DNA from: a virus
Lineage: Duplodnaviria; Caudoviricetes
Strand: one strand, 5' to 3'
Virus record (IMG/VR): IMGVR_UViG_3300043431_000269
Location: 1-54,273 of that record
DNA length: 54,273 nt
A program made the position numbers and the translations under genes. Shown one piece after another: positions 1 through 8,967 of the stretch (position 1 is its first letter; the number at the start of each line of letters is the position of its first letter). Under the pieces are notes generated by a model. That model saw only the letters and a program-made list of their open reading frames with translations. It was not told the DNA's origin and made no database searches.

Positions 1-131
1 GGGACACGGAGGCCCGCCAAAAAGCTGTCCCGAAAATTTCGAAACCTGATACATCTCGCACCTACCATTCAGGACACGCATAGATGTATTGTGTACTTTA
101 ATCAGTAGAGTAAAGTAAACAAAAAGCGGTC

Positions 132-160
132 TTGTATGGCAGACGCGAAACAGCGATAAT
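132..160 (+). promoter_or_regulatory. sigma70-like promoter for terS (probably leaderless mRNA)
   Basis: TTGTAT (132-137), 17 nt, GATAAT (155-160); predicted +1 falls on the ATG at 167; overlaps palindrome TATGGCAGACGCGAAA (135-150). Confidence 0.55.
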
Positions 161-166
161 CTGCTA

Positions 167-571
167 ATGCACGCAGACTTCGAACTCACGCCAGACGGCC
201 GCGTCAAGTCGTCGAATTACGGCGGGCGCCGCGAAGGCGCCGGGCGCAAGCCACCCGGCTACGTCAAACCGCAGGAAGTGGTCGATTACGACCGCGAGCG
301 CGCGCGCAACGAGAAAGCCAAGGCCGACCTGAACGAGCTGGACTTCAAGGTGAAGTCGGGCGAGTACGTGCCGCGCGAATCGGTACAGCAGGCTGCCGCG
401 ACGCTGCTGTCCACACTGGCTCAAACGCTGAGATCGCTGCCGGACAAGATCGAGCGAAAGCTCAACGCCTCGGCCGAGATCACCGAGCTGATCGAACAGG
501 AAATCGACGCCTGTCTGGAAGACCTGTCGAAAGACCTACAAATGCTGGCAGGGGAGCCTGACGATGTTTGA
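167..571 (+). CDS. terS: terminase small subunit (Nu1/DUF1441-like)
   Basis: GGRREGAGRKP N-terminal motif, then ERARNEKAKADLNEL..KSGEYV coiled coil typical of Nu1-like proteins; upstream of terL. Confidence 0.8.
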   Translation: MHADFELTPDGRVKSSNYGGRREGAGRKPPGYVKPQEVVDYDRERARNEKAKADLNELDFKVKSGEYVPRESVQQAAATLLSTLAQTLRSLPDKIERKLNASAEITELIEQEIDACLEDLSKDLQMLAGEPDDV

Positions 572-767
572 CATAGCCATCGAGCGAACGATGTTCGAGG
601 ACTCGATCTGGAGCTACTACCAGAACCTCAAACTGAACGGTTGGTCTGACCCAGCAGAAGGCGACAACAAACGGGGGTGCCTGTTTTGGCGTGACGAGAA
701 CGGGCAGTACGGCGTGAAATCGATCGAGGCCGCCTGGTCGGGTTGGCAAATGAGGGCGCGATTTTGA
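564..767 (+). CDS. hypothetical protein inserted between terS and terL
   Basis: 67-aa ORF with GGGGAG RBS overlapping both neighbours; R..FE...Y....AAW.GWQ.RA pattern common in small phage proteins. Confidence 0.6.
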   Translation: MFDIAIERTMFEDSIWSYYQNLKLNGWSDPAEGDNKRGCLFWRDENGQYGVKSIEAAWSGWQMRARF

Positions 768-2968
768 ACACCGATCAAGGCTACGCCGTCGCGCTCGGCG
801 ATATGTGCATGGGGTACAGCGCGCTGAAGCCGCCGAAGCGCGTGACGGTCGCGCAAGGCGCTGCCGAGTGCCTGGTCATCAAGCAGCCCGGCGCGGCGGG
901 CGGGCCGTGGAGCGCCGCCGAGACGCCCTACATGGTCGAGCCGATGAACATGCTCGCCAGCCGCAAGCATGAGGCGCTGGTGTTCTCCGGCCCGGCCCGC
1001 ACTGGAAAGACGCAGGGCCTGTTGCTCGGGTGGCTCGGCCATGCGGTAGTGAACGACCCCGGCGACATGCTGTTCGTGCAAATGACGAAGGAGAAGGCCC
1101 GCGAGTTCTCGAAGACGGACGTGGATCGAGCGATCCGCAATAGCCCGGCTATCTACGCGATGAAAGGGACGCGGGCTATCGACAGCAACACGTTCGACTC
1201 GATGTTCCGGCACGGCATGTTCCTGCGCATTGCCTGGCCCACGGTGTCGAACGTCTCAGGCTCGACCTATCGCTACGTGGCAATCACCGATCTCGACCGG
1301 ATGGAGAACGCCGAGAACGTCGATGGGGAAGGGCCGCTTTTCGACCTGGCGCGCAAACGGACGACCACGTTTCTCTCGCGCGGCATGTGCCTGGCCGAGT
1401 CCTCGCCTGGCATCGAGATCGAGATTCCAAACTGGCGCCCGGCCACGCCCCATGAAGCGCCCCCGGTGAAGGGTATCCTCGGGCTCTACAACAGAAGCGA
1501 CAGACGGCGCTGGTACTGGCAATGCCCGGACTGCCGCGACGGGTTCGAAGCGGCGCCTGGGCTTGGGCTGTTCAACCTGCCCAGCGAGCCTGAGCTGATC
1601 GAGGCCGTGCGCAACATGTCGATCCCGAAGATGGCCGCCGAGTGGGGTAGCCGGATCGTCTGCCCGCACTGCGGAAGCCTGATCGACGCGAAGTGGAAGA
1701 CGAACCTCAACCGGCGAGGCGAATGGCTGGCCGAGGGCCAGACCATCGACTCGGACTGGACCAAGCACGGAGAACCAGCGCCAGCGACGATCGCCGGCTA
1801 TTGGCTTGGCGGCGTTGCGGCGACCTACCAGAAGTGGTCGAGCCTGATCGAGCGGTATCTCCAGGGTCTGCGCGACTACTCGCTGACGGGCTCCGAAGAA
1901 ACGCTCAAAGTGACGACGAACACCGACCAGGGCATGCCGTACATCGCGCGCCACCTCGTCGAGTCGCAGTCGCGCGCTGGCGCGCCGGAGGACCGCGCGA
2001 ACGCGACGCTCCAGAGGTATGTCGTGCCGGCCGAGGCGCGCTGCGTGATCGTCGCGGTTGACGTGCAGGGCGGCGTCACCTCGCGCTTCATCGTTCAGGT
2101 CCACGCCGTTGGCGCGCACATGGAGCAGTGGCTGATAGATCGCTTCGAGATCAAGCGGTCAATGCGCGAGGGCATGGGCTCCGACTTCGCGCCGATCGAC
2201 CCGGCCTCCTACCCGGAGGATTGGGACGTGCTGACCGAAAAGCTGCTGCGCGCGACCTGGCGCACGCCGGACGAAGGCCGTGAGATCAAGCTCAAGATGC
2301 TGGTCGTTGACTCTGGCGGCGAAGATGGCGTCACCGCGAACGCTTACCAGTGGTTCCGGCGCGTGCGCGCGGAGAAGCTGGGCGATCGGATCATGCTCTA
2401 CAAGGGCGCGAGCACGCCGCGCGCCCCGATCCTGAAGCTCTCGATGGTCGGCAAGCGCGGCGCGAAGGACCGGCCGGACGTGCCGCTCTACGTCTGCAAC
2501 CCGAACCTGCTCACCGACGCCGTTGACGCCGGCCTGCGCCGGTCAACGCCTGGGCCGAACTACATCCACTTCCCGGCACCGAAGCACCCGACGCAGAACC
2601 CTGAAGGCTGGCTGCCGCAGTCCTTCTTCGATGAGCTGAAGGCCGAGGTGCGCCAGAAGAACGGGACTTGGGCACAGGTTCGCAAGCGCAACGAGTCGAT
2701 CGACCTGTGCCGCATGATCCGGGCGGCCATGCTGCGGCTGGGCCTGGACAAGATTAAGGACTGGTCAGTCGTGCCCGCCTGGCTGGCGCCGCTGCCGATC
2801 AACAGCGAGGTCATGGCTTCTGAAGACCGCCGCGAGATGAAGGCGAACGAGCGGGCCGAGCCCGCGCCGGCCTCGGCCGACGCTACCGTGGCCGAGCAGT
2901 CGGTGAGGATCGTGCCCGCGCGGGTGAAGCGCCAGCGTCGTTCGTCGGTGCCGGGCTTCTTGCGCTAA
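743..2968 (+). CDS. terL: terminase large subunit, lambda GpA family (true start may be TTG at 764)
   Basis: TPYMVEPM, Walker A GPARTGKT, CPDC/CPHC zinc pair, VAVDVQ and VDSGG nuclease motifs, RNESID near C-terminus. Confidence 0.95.
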   Translation: MANEGAILNTDQGYAVALGDMCMGYSALKPPKRVTVAQGAAECLVIKQPGAAGGPWSAAETPYMVEPMNMLASRKHEALVFSGPARTGKTQGLLLGWLGHAVVNDPGDMLFVQMTKEKAREFSKTDVDRAIRNSPAIYAMKGTRAIDSNTFDSMFRHGMFLRIAWPTVSNVSGSTYRYVAITDLDRMENAENVDGEGPLFDLARKRTTTFLSRGMCLAESSPGIEIEIPNWRPATPHEAPPVKGILGLYNRSDRRRWYWQCPDCRDGFEAAPGLGLFNLPSEPELIEAVRNMSIPKMAAEWGSRIVCPHCGSLIDAKWKTNLNRRGEWLAEGQTIDSDWTKHGEPAPATIAGYWLGGVAATYQKWSSLIERYLQGLRDYSLTGSEETLKVTTNTDQGMPYIARHLVESQSRAGAPEDRANATLQRYVVPAEARCVIVAVDVQGGVTSRFIVQVHAVGAHMEQWLIDRFEIKRSMREGMGSDFAPIDPASYPEDWDVLTEKLLRATWRTPDEGREIKLKMLVVDSGGEDGVTANAYQWFRRVRAEKLGDRIMLYKGASTPRAPILKLSMVGKRGAKDRPDVPLYVCNPNLLTDAVDAGLRRSTPGPNYIHFPAPKHPTQNPEGWLPQSFFDELKAEVRQKNGTWAQVRKRNESIDLCRMIRAAMLRLGLDKIKDWSVVPAWLAPLPINSEVMASEDRREMKANERAEPAPASADATVAEQSVRIVPARVKRQRRSSVPGFLR

Positions 2969-2988
2969 GTTAGCAAACGCGATATAAT
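2960..2988 (+). promoter_or_regulatory. sigma70 promoter driving the intergenic structured RNA
   Basis: TTGCGC (2960-2965), 17 nt, TATAAT (2983-2988); predicted +1 about 2995 is the first base of a 13-bp stem. Confidence 0.75.
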
Positions 2989-2994
2989 TTACTC

Positions 2995-3364
2995 GACACT
3001 GAAAACCGCCTCGGGTTAGCGCCGGGGCAGCGTTTCATGACTGGAATGGACCCCTCACTCAACAGCGAAAGACTGCTTCATGTCAGGGTTTTCAGTGTCA
3101 TCACGAGTGGCGATTGCCTAGACGAAACAGCCATATCTCCTTTAGGGCAGCCAAAGAGGTGTTTCGTTTTGGGAAAGGGCAGTCGTCACTCTTGATCGTG
3201 AATGCGAACCCGGGGCGCGCCGAATGCGCGCGTTGCTCCGCAGAGCATGTGTGGCGCCTGGCGGCCCGCTTGCACCGTACTGCATGACACCTCGGAAAGA
3301 CGAGGCCGTCTTCTAGGTGAATTTCACTCGAAATTCGACCTTCGTGCGCTGAATTTCGCACGAA
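2995..3364 (+). ncRNA. candidate structured non-coding RNA(s), multi-hairpin array
   Basis: GACACTGAAAACC/GGTTTTCAGTGTC (2995-3007/3087-3099); GAGTGGCGATTGCC/GGCAGTCGTCACTC with G-U pairs (3105-3118/3178-3191); further hairpins at 3234-3247, 3290-3305, 3319-3336 and 3341-3364; no convincing ORF. Confidence 0.6.
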
Positions 3365-3403
3365 ATTGTGCCGCAGTGTCCCAATCGCCAAACGCGCGAT
3401 GAT
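3361..3403 (+). promoter_or_regulatory. putative activator-dependent late promoter, copy 1
   Basis: CGAAATTGTGCCGCAG, 21 nt, GATGAT; same architecture at 9171, 10854 and 14786. Confidence 0.7.
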
Positions 3404-3412
3404 CGGGCCACT

Positions 3413-3634
3413 ATGGCAGTCACCCAAACCGACATCGACTCACTGAACGCCGCGATCGCAAGCGGCGCCCGTTCCGTGACCATTGGCGGCCAGACCGTCA
3501 TCTACAACACCACGGAATCGCTGATCAAGGCCCGGGACGACGCGCAGCGCCAGCTCAACGCGCAAACCGCAGCCGAATCGGGCGCCCGCCGCCGCAAGCA
3601 GTTCTATCTCATTCACGGCGGCCGGGGATACTAA
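3413..3634 (+). CDS. head-tail joining protein (gpW-like)
   Basis: MAVTQTDIDSLNAAIASGARSVTIGGQTVIY motif; position between terL and portal. Confidence 0.85.
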   Translation: MAVTQTDIDSLNAAIASGARSVTIGGQTVIYNTTESLIKARDDAQRQLNAQTAAESGARRRKQFYLIHGGRGY

Positions 3635-5629
3635 ATGGCGACACGCGGCAGACCGCCTAAGCAGGAAACGCTGGTCGCGCGCGCGGCCGTCGAGATGTTC
3701 CGGGAAGCCCAGGGCGTGCTCCCCGGGCAAAGCGGCAAGCAGGTGCTGCAGCCGCGCGCCAAGTACGACGCGGCCGGGCAGGGCCGGCGCCTTGCCGGAT
3801 GGAACCCTCCGTCGAGCGGCCCGAACCGGGCCATCGAGGGGCTGCAGACAATCCGCAACCGCTCGCGCGATTCTTCGCGCAACGACTGGTCGGGCTCGTC
3901 GGCGACGCAGAAGTGGGTCACGAACTTGATCGGTATCGGCATCACGCCGCGCTTCAAGCGCATCACCAGCCCGGAGCGCAAGAGCAAGCTGCAGGACCTG
4001 TGGGCCGATTTCGTGCAGGTCTGCGATGCGGACTGCGTGCTCAACTACTACGGGCTCCAGACCCTTGGCACGCGCTCGCTGCTGGATGCTGGCGAGGTGT
4101 TCGTGCGGCGCCGAGCGCGCTTTGAGAGCGACGGCCTGCCGGTCCCTCTGCAGTACCAAATCATTGAAGCCGAGATGGTCCCGATGTTGGACGCGGACAC
4201 CTACAAGGGTCTGCCGGCCGGCAACAAGATTCGCTCAGGTATCGAGCTGGACAAACGCGGGCGCCGGGTGGCGTATTGGGTCCACAAGGAGCACCCGAAC
4301 GAGAAGTCGATGGGCTACATCGACCCTGGCGCGCTGGTGCGCGTGCTGGCCGGCGACATGATTCACGTCTTCGAGCCGTTGCGCGCCGGGCAGTTGCGCG
4401 GCGTGTCGATGCTCGCGCCGATCCTCACGCGCTTGAGGAACATCGAGAACTACGACGACGCGACGCTGACGCGACAGCAGCTCGCCAACCTGATCGTGGC
4501 CTTCATCACGCGCAAGCTGCCGCCGCTGACTGGCGACGAGGACATCAACGGCATGACCGGCGAGCCGTATCAGGTCGATGAAACCGGCACGCCGCTGGCC
4601 GCGCTGCAGCCTGGTCTGGTGCAAGAACTCGATGACGGCCAAGAGGTGACGTGGAGCAACCCGCCCGAGGCCGGGACCAACTACAGCGACTACATGCGGA
4701 CTCAGCATATGGGCACCGCTGCTGGGACCGGACTGCCCTATGAGCTGTTCTCGGGCGACATCAAGGAGGTGAGCGACCGCACCCTGCGGATCATCATCAA
4801 CGACTTCCGGCGCCATGCCGAGCAGCGCCAGTGGCAGATCATCATTCCGCAGTTCTGCCAGCGGACCCTGGAGTGGTTCGTCGATGCCGCCGTGCTCGCG
4901 GGTAAGGTGTCCGTCGCAGAAGCCGACCTGGCGCGCCGTGTCGAGTGGGCTACCCACGGCTGGGCTCACATTCACCCGGTTCAAGACCCGCAGGGCAAGC
5001 AGCTTGAGGTGGATGCAGGCTTCCGCAGCCGGTCGAGCGTGATCGCGGATCGCGGTGACGACCCTGACGAAGTGGATGCCGAGCGCGCAGCGGACAAGAA
5101 GCGCGCCGAAGACCTCGGCCTCAGTGTCGATCCTGCGGCTGCCGCTGCCTCTGCGACGGCGGACCAACAGCAGCAGTCTGACCAGCAGCAGCAACAGCAG
5201 CAGCAGGATCAACAAGTCCGGGCCTTGGCGATCCTGGCCTCGCTACAGGAGCAAATGCGCGGCCAGCAGGAGGCGATGCAAGCCGCGATGGCCGCGCTGA
5301 ACCAGAAGCCTGCTGACCCGGTGCAGTTGACCATCAACAACCACATCCCGCAGACGGTCGTGGAGAACTCGGTCCAACCGAGCGCCGTGACCGTGCAGAA
5401 CAACATCGAGCCGACGCCACTCAACGTCTCGGTGCAGAACAACGTCGAGCCCACGCCGCTCAACGTCTCGGTGGCCGCGCCGACCGTGGAAGTTCACAAC
5501 GACGTGCAACCCGCCGAGGTCAACGTGAACATCCCGGCGCGCAAGACCGACACGACCATCGTGCGCGATTCGAGCGGGAACATCGTGCGCGCAACTCAGA
5601 TCGAAACCGACGCCGACCCGGCGCAATAA
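3635..5629 (+). CDS. portal protein, lambda family, with polyQ/beta-repeat C-terminal extension
   Basis: YDAAGQGRR, IRSGIELDKRGRRVAYWV, RAGQLRGVSMLAP, GLPYELFSGD, GFRSRSSVI motifs of lambda gpB-type portals. Confidence 0.93.
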   Translation: MATRGRPPKQETLVARAAVEMFREAQGVLPGQSGKQVLQPRAKYDAAGQGRRLAGWNPPSSGPNRAIEGLQTIRNRSRDSSRNDWSGSSATQKWVTNLIGIGITPRFKRITSPERKSKLQDLWADFVQVCDADCVLNYYGLQTLGTRSLLDAGEVFVRRRARFESDGLPVPLQYQIIEAEMVPMLDADTYKGLPAGNKIRSGIELDKRGRRVAYWVHKEHPNEKSMGYIDPGALVRVLAGDMIHVFEPLRAGQLRGVSMLAPILTRLRNIENYDDATLTRQQLANLIVAFITRKLPPLTGDEDINGMTGEPYQVDETGTPLAALQPGLVQELDDGQEVTWSNPPEAGTNYSDYMRTQHMGTAAGTGLPYELFSGDIKEVSDRTLRIIINDFRRHAEQRQWQIIIPQFCQRTLEWFVDAAVLAGKVSVAEADLARRVEWATHGWAHIHPVQDPQGKQLEVDAGFRSRSSVIADRGDDPDEVDAERAADKKRAEDLGLSVDPAAAAASATADQQQQSDQQQQQQQQDQQVRALAILASLQEQMRGQQEAMQAAMAALNQKPADPVQLTINNHIPQTVVENSVQPSAVTVQNNIEPTPLNVSVQNNVEPTPLNVSVAAPTVEVHNDVQPAEVNVNIPARKTDTTIVRDSSGNIVRATQIETDADPAQ

Positions 5630-5638
5630 GGAGAAACC

Positions 5639-6010
5639 ATGTCCGTCAACTACACGACCGCAGTCAAGAACGCGCGCCTGGGCGCCGTCGTCACTGCCAT
5701 CGGCACAGCCGGCGTGCTGGAAATCGGCACCACCGGCATGGGAACCGTGCTGGCGACGATTCCGCTTGCCAACCCGGCCGGGACCACTTCCGGCGGGGTG
5801 CTGACCTTCTCGGGCTTCCCGAGCAGCGACACGTCGGCCGACAACACCGGCACTGCAGCGGCCGCGCGCATTCGCACTGCCTCGGGCGGCACCGACATCC
5901 TGACCGGCCTGACCGTGGGCACGTCGGGCACCGATGTGATCCTCGACAGCGTGAGCATCACTGCCGGCCAGACCGTGACGCTCACCAGCGCCACCATCAC
6001 GCACGCCTGA
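5639..6010 (+). CDS. small virion structural/fibre-adaptor-like protein (paralog of 26176-26568)
   Basis: AGGAG RBS; Thr/Gly-rich beta protein; aligns by eye with the 26176-26568 product. Confidence 0.65.
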   Translation: MSVNYTTAVKNARLGAVVTAIGTAGVLEIGTTGMGTVLATIPLANPAGTTSGGVLTFSGFPSSDTSADNTGTAAAARIRTASGGTDILTGLTVGTSGTDVILDSVSITAGQTVTLTSATITHA

Positions 6011-6012
6011 TC

Positions 6013-6444
6013 ATGACCGGGCTGCGCATGGCGTTCCAGCATTCGGGCCGTGTCGGTCCGATGAAGTTGGTCGCGCCGGTTGCCGCGCTGCTCGACCACG
6101 GACCATACAGCCACACCGAGATTCAGCTCCCTGACGGAACGTGCTGCAGCTCCGTCCCTGGTAGCGGGGTAGTCATGCGCAAGTTGCACCTCGACCCAGC
6201 GCATTTCGACTTCCTGCCGTTGTCCAATGGGCTGCTTCAGCAGGTCGTCAACTGGTACGAGGCCCACCAGGGTCATGCGTATGACTGGCGCGGGAACCTG
6301 CGATTCCTGGCTCCGCTCGTGCGCGAGTCGAGCGCGCGCTGGTTCTGCTCGGAATCGAATCTCGCTGCGTTGGGCGTTCCGCAGCCGTGGCGCCACGGTC
6401 CGACCGGCGCCTATCACTTGATCAAATGGAGGTACGTCGCATGA
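6013..6444 (+). CDS. permuted papain-like (NlpC/P60, YiiX-like) amidase/peptidase
   Basis: YSHTEI (catalytic His) ... YDW ... WFCSE (catalytic Cys) in permuted order. Confidence 0.7.
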   Translation: MTGLRMAFQHSGRVGPMKLVAPVAALLDHGPYSHTEIQLPDGTCCSSVPGSGVVMRKLHLDPAHFDFLPLSNGLLQQVVNWYEAHQGHAYDWRGNLRFLAPLVRESSARWFCSESNLAALGVPQPWRHGPTGAYHLIKWRYVA

Positions 6445-6842
6445 CGCTACTCGCTGAAATCCAGGCGAAGTGCTCGCCGGAACTGATTGCCTCGAAGGAG
6501 CACGGTGCCATCGCTGCGCTGGTGTCCGAAGGGCGCACGAAAATCGTAGAGCGCATCGGCGGCATTGGCACGGTGCTGCGGCATCTTGGCCCGGTCGATG
6601 GTCCGGCGCTGCTCGATGCTCTTGACGCGCTGCGCACCACGGTGCCGGCGATCCGTTGGGGTTGGGTGCTGCTGGATCGCGGGCAACTCGATTTCGGTAG
6701 CCCGGTTGTGCGCCAGTTGATCGACCAGTTGGCAATCGACGGCGTGATGACCTCGGCCCATGCCGAGCTTCTGAAGGGCCTGGCCGTCGAGCCTGACCCG
6801 GTTAGCGTGCAGGAAGTCGCGTCGGCGATGGAGGGTCTGTGA
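6441..6842 (+). CDS. hypothetical protein
   Basis: GGAGG RBS; ATGA overlap with upstream stop. Confidence 0.7.
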   Translation: MTLLAEIQAKCSPELIASKEHGAIAALVSEGRTKIVERIGGIGTVLRHLGPVDGPALLDALDALRTTVPAIRWGWVLLDRGQLDFGSPVVRQLIDQLAIDGVMTSAHAELLKGLAVEPDPVSVQEVASAMEGL

Positions 6843-6843
6843 G

Positions 6844-7296
6844 ATGACGACGATTACCGCGGCGGCAGGTAGCCGCACCAACCTCACGAGCAGCGCGCTC
6901 AACTCGCTCGCCAGCGCGACCTACGTCAGCGCCGGCACCATCGACGTGAGCGCCACCGACCCGCTGGACGTGGTGATCGAAGTCGAGGCAACGCCCGGCA
7001 CGGTGTCGGGCAACAAGCAGCTCGTCGTGTTCTTGAAGGTGAGCTTCGACAACACGAACTTCAGCACGGGTCCGGAAAGCGGGACGACCACGACTGATGA
7101 GACAAATCTGCGCTTTCTCGGCACGTTGCCGTTGGGCACCAGCTCGGCGCAACAGCGCGGCGCGTACAGCGTTATGGGTGCCCTGGGCTATGTGCCACCG
7201 TATTTCAAGGTCGTGGTCAAGAATGACTCGGGCGCGGCGCTGGCTTCGTCGGGCCACGCAGTCAACTACACCGCTTACGTCGGCAACGCGGCCTGA
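6844..7296 (+). CDS. putative virion structural protein (beta-sandwich)
   Basis: 150-aa Ser/Thr-rich ORF with phage-like codon usage, in operon. Confidence 0.65.
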   Translation: MTTITAAAGSRTNLTSSALNSLASATYVSAGTIDVSATDPLDVVIEVEATPGTVSGNKQLVVFLKVSFDNTNFSTGPESGTTTTDETNLRFLGTLPLGTSSAQQRGAYSVMGALGYVPPYFKVVVKNDSGAALASSGHAVNYTAYVGNAA

Positions 7297-7308
7297 TCGG
7301 ACACCATA

Positions 7309-8967
7309 ATGGCCCACTTGATTCTCCCCTGGCGTCGGGTAGTCCAGCCGCAAGGTGCGGTCGAGATCGACTGGGGCAATCCGCTGGCCCCGGCCCGAAC
7401 TCTCAGTGGGGTTTGGACGCCAGATCGGAACTTTGTCACGGGAAAGGGTATCTCGTTTTCCGGTAGCGGCGGTGCGCCGACAAAGGCCATCGAGGCTTCA
7501 GGTGTAGCCATCGCCACAACGGGTCAGTATATTCAGACGGACGTACCGGCCACATCATTCAGTGCCGCCACGTTCGTGGCCGTAATCACGCCGGCAGCAG
7601 CGCCAACAAACGCCAACTACAGTTCGTTCTTGCAGACCGGGGGGATTACGCTCAACTGGAACCACCAAGACAACAATTTTGCTGGCGCGCTAACCATTTA
7701 CTCGGGCGGTAGTTTTCGAACGCTAAAATGGGCAGGCGGATTCACGGCAGGTAAAGAAGTCGTCATAGCGGGTAGCTGGCAGGCTGCTACTACGACAAGC
7801 AAGATTTTTCGCAACGGGGTGCTTGAGAACTCCAGAAGCGATCACGCGGCTACGCTTTCTGGTACGCAAGTGGCGTTGCAGTTCCTTGGCGGACAGGGTG
7901 GCACGGCGGCATGGTCTGGGTCGTCGTGCTTCCTATACTTTGACGGAACGCGCGCGCGCAGCGATGCCGAAATCAAGGCGCTATCCGAGAACCCTTGGCA
8001 GATTTTCAAGCCCCTGCAACGACGCATTTGGGTTCCGGTGTCAAGCACGGGCGGGGATGTCACTGGCTCGGTCACAGCCAGCGAAGCCGGGCTTGACACG
8101 GCTGCGCTGACCGGGCAGGTGCTGACGAGCGGGTCCGTGGCGGCGGTCGAGAGCGGGTACGACAGCGCCAGCGCGTCGGGCGCCGTGCGCGTGGCCGGCA
8201 CCCTGGCGGTGTCCGAGGCTGGCGGTGACTCAGCGGACTGCGCGGGTTGGGTGTTCGTCCAGGGCACCCTGGTGGCCTCGGAATCTGGCGCGGACGAGGC
8301 TGCCGTTGCCGGGCTAGTGCTGTCTGGCGGACGACTGGCCGCCCAAGAGTCCGGCGCTGACACCGCCAGCGCCCAGGGCGCTGTGCGCGTGGCCGGAGCA
8401 ATCGCTGCGCAAGAGGCGGGCGATGACACCGCCAGCGCCCAGGGTGCCGTGCTCGTCTCTGGCGCCGTGGCAGTGCAAGAGACGGGTCAGGATGGCATGG
8501 CGGCGTCTGGCGGCCGTGTCTCGGCAGGTGTGCTGTCTTCGCAAGAGGCCGGTGAGGACAGCGCCAGCGCGTCGGGTGCTGTGCGTGTGGCTGGCGCAAT
8601 TGCTGCGCAAGAGGCCGGCGCTGACACCGCGAGCGCGGCGGGCGCCGTGCGCGTGGCCGGCGTGGTAGCGGCCAGTGAAGCGTCGGACAGCGCCAGCGCA
8701 TCGGGATTCGTGCTCGTTCTCGGCGGCCTGTCTGCGGACGAGGGGGCCGACACGGCCGCCGCTGAAGGCGTCGTCGAGGCCGCCGCCTTGCCGCTCTCAG
8801 ACCGCGAGATGCGGGACCTCTACAAGTGGGTCTCCGAGCTGGCAAAGCTGCACGGCCTGATCAAGACAGCACCCCTCCAAGTGTCCGCCACGGAGCGCCG
8901 GGCCGGCGACATCGTGCAAACGGTAGTCACTGCCCCGGGCGGTATCACGACAGTCACACGCTCGTAA
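7309..8967 (+). CDS. fibre-like protein: N-terminal LamG/ConA-like domain plus ~11 x 22-aa repeats
   Basis: IFRNGVL...RARSDAEIKALSENPWQ LamG-type ending; repeats such as GAIAAQEAGDDTASAQGAVLVS. Confidence 0.7.
   Translation: MAHLILPWRRVVQPQGAVEIDWGNPLAPARTLSGVWTPDRNFVTGKGISFSGSGGAPTKAIEASGVAIATTGQYIQTDVPATSFSAATFVAVITPAAAPTNANYSSFLQTGGITLNWNHQDNNFAGALTIYSGGSFRTLKWAGGFTAGKEVVIAGSWQAATTTSKIFRNGVLENSRSDHAATLSGTQVALQFLGGQGGTAAWSGSSCFLYFDGTRARSDAEIKALSENPWQIFKPLQRRIWVPVSSTGGDVTGSVTASEAGLDTAALTGQVLTSGSVAAVESGYDSASASGAVRVAGTLAVSEAGGDSADCAGWVFVQGTLVASESGADEAAVAGLVLSGGRLAAQESGADTASAQGAVRVAGAIAAQEAGDDTASAQGAVLVSGAVAVQETGQDGMAASGGRVSAGVLSSQEAGEDSASASGAVRVAGAIAAQEAGADTASAAGAVRVAGVVAASEASDSASASGFVLVLGGLSADEGADTAAAEGVVEAAALPLSDREMRDLYKWVSELAKLHGLIKTAPLQVSATERRAGDIVQTVVTAPGGITTVTRS
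8065..8770 (+). repeat. degenerate 66-bp (22-aa) coding tandem repeats
   Basis: TGACACCGCCAGCGCCCAGGG recurs at 8358 and 8424 (66 bp apart); about 11 units in the protein. Confidence 0.85.

Noticed and set aside
1-130. cos site
   Set aside because: Position upstream of terS is suggestive, but no cohesive-end sequence can be identified from this window alone
3101-3427. Protein-coding ORFs in the terL-gpW gap (3101-3427 minus, 3202-3402 plus)
   Set aside because: No RBS, atypical composition; dense strand-specific hairpins explain the region better
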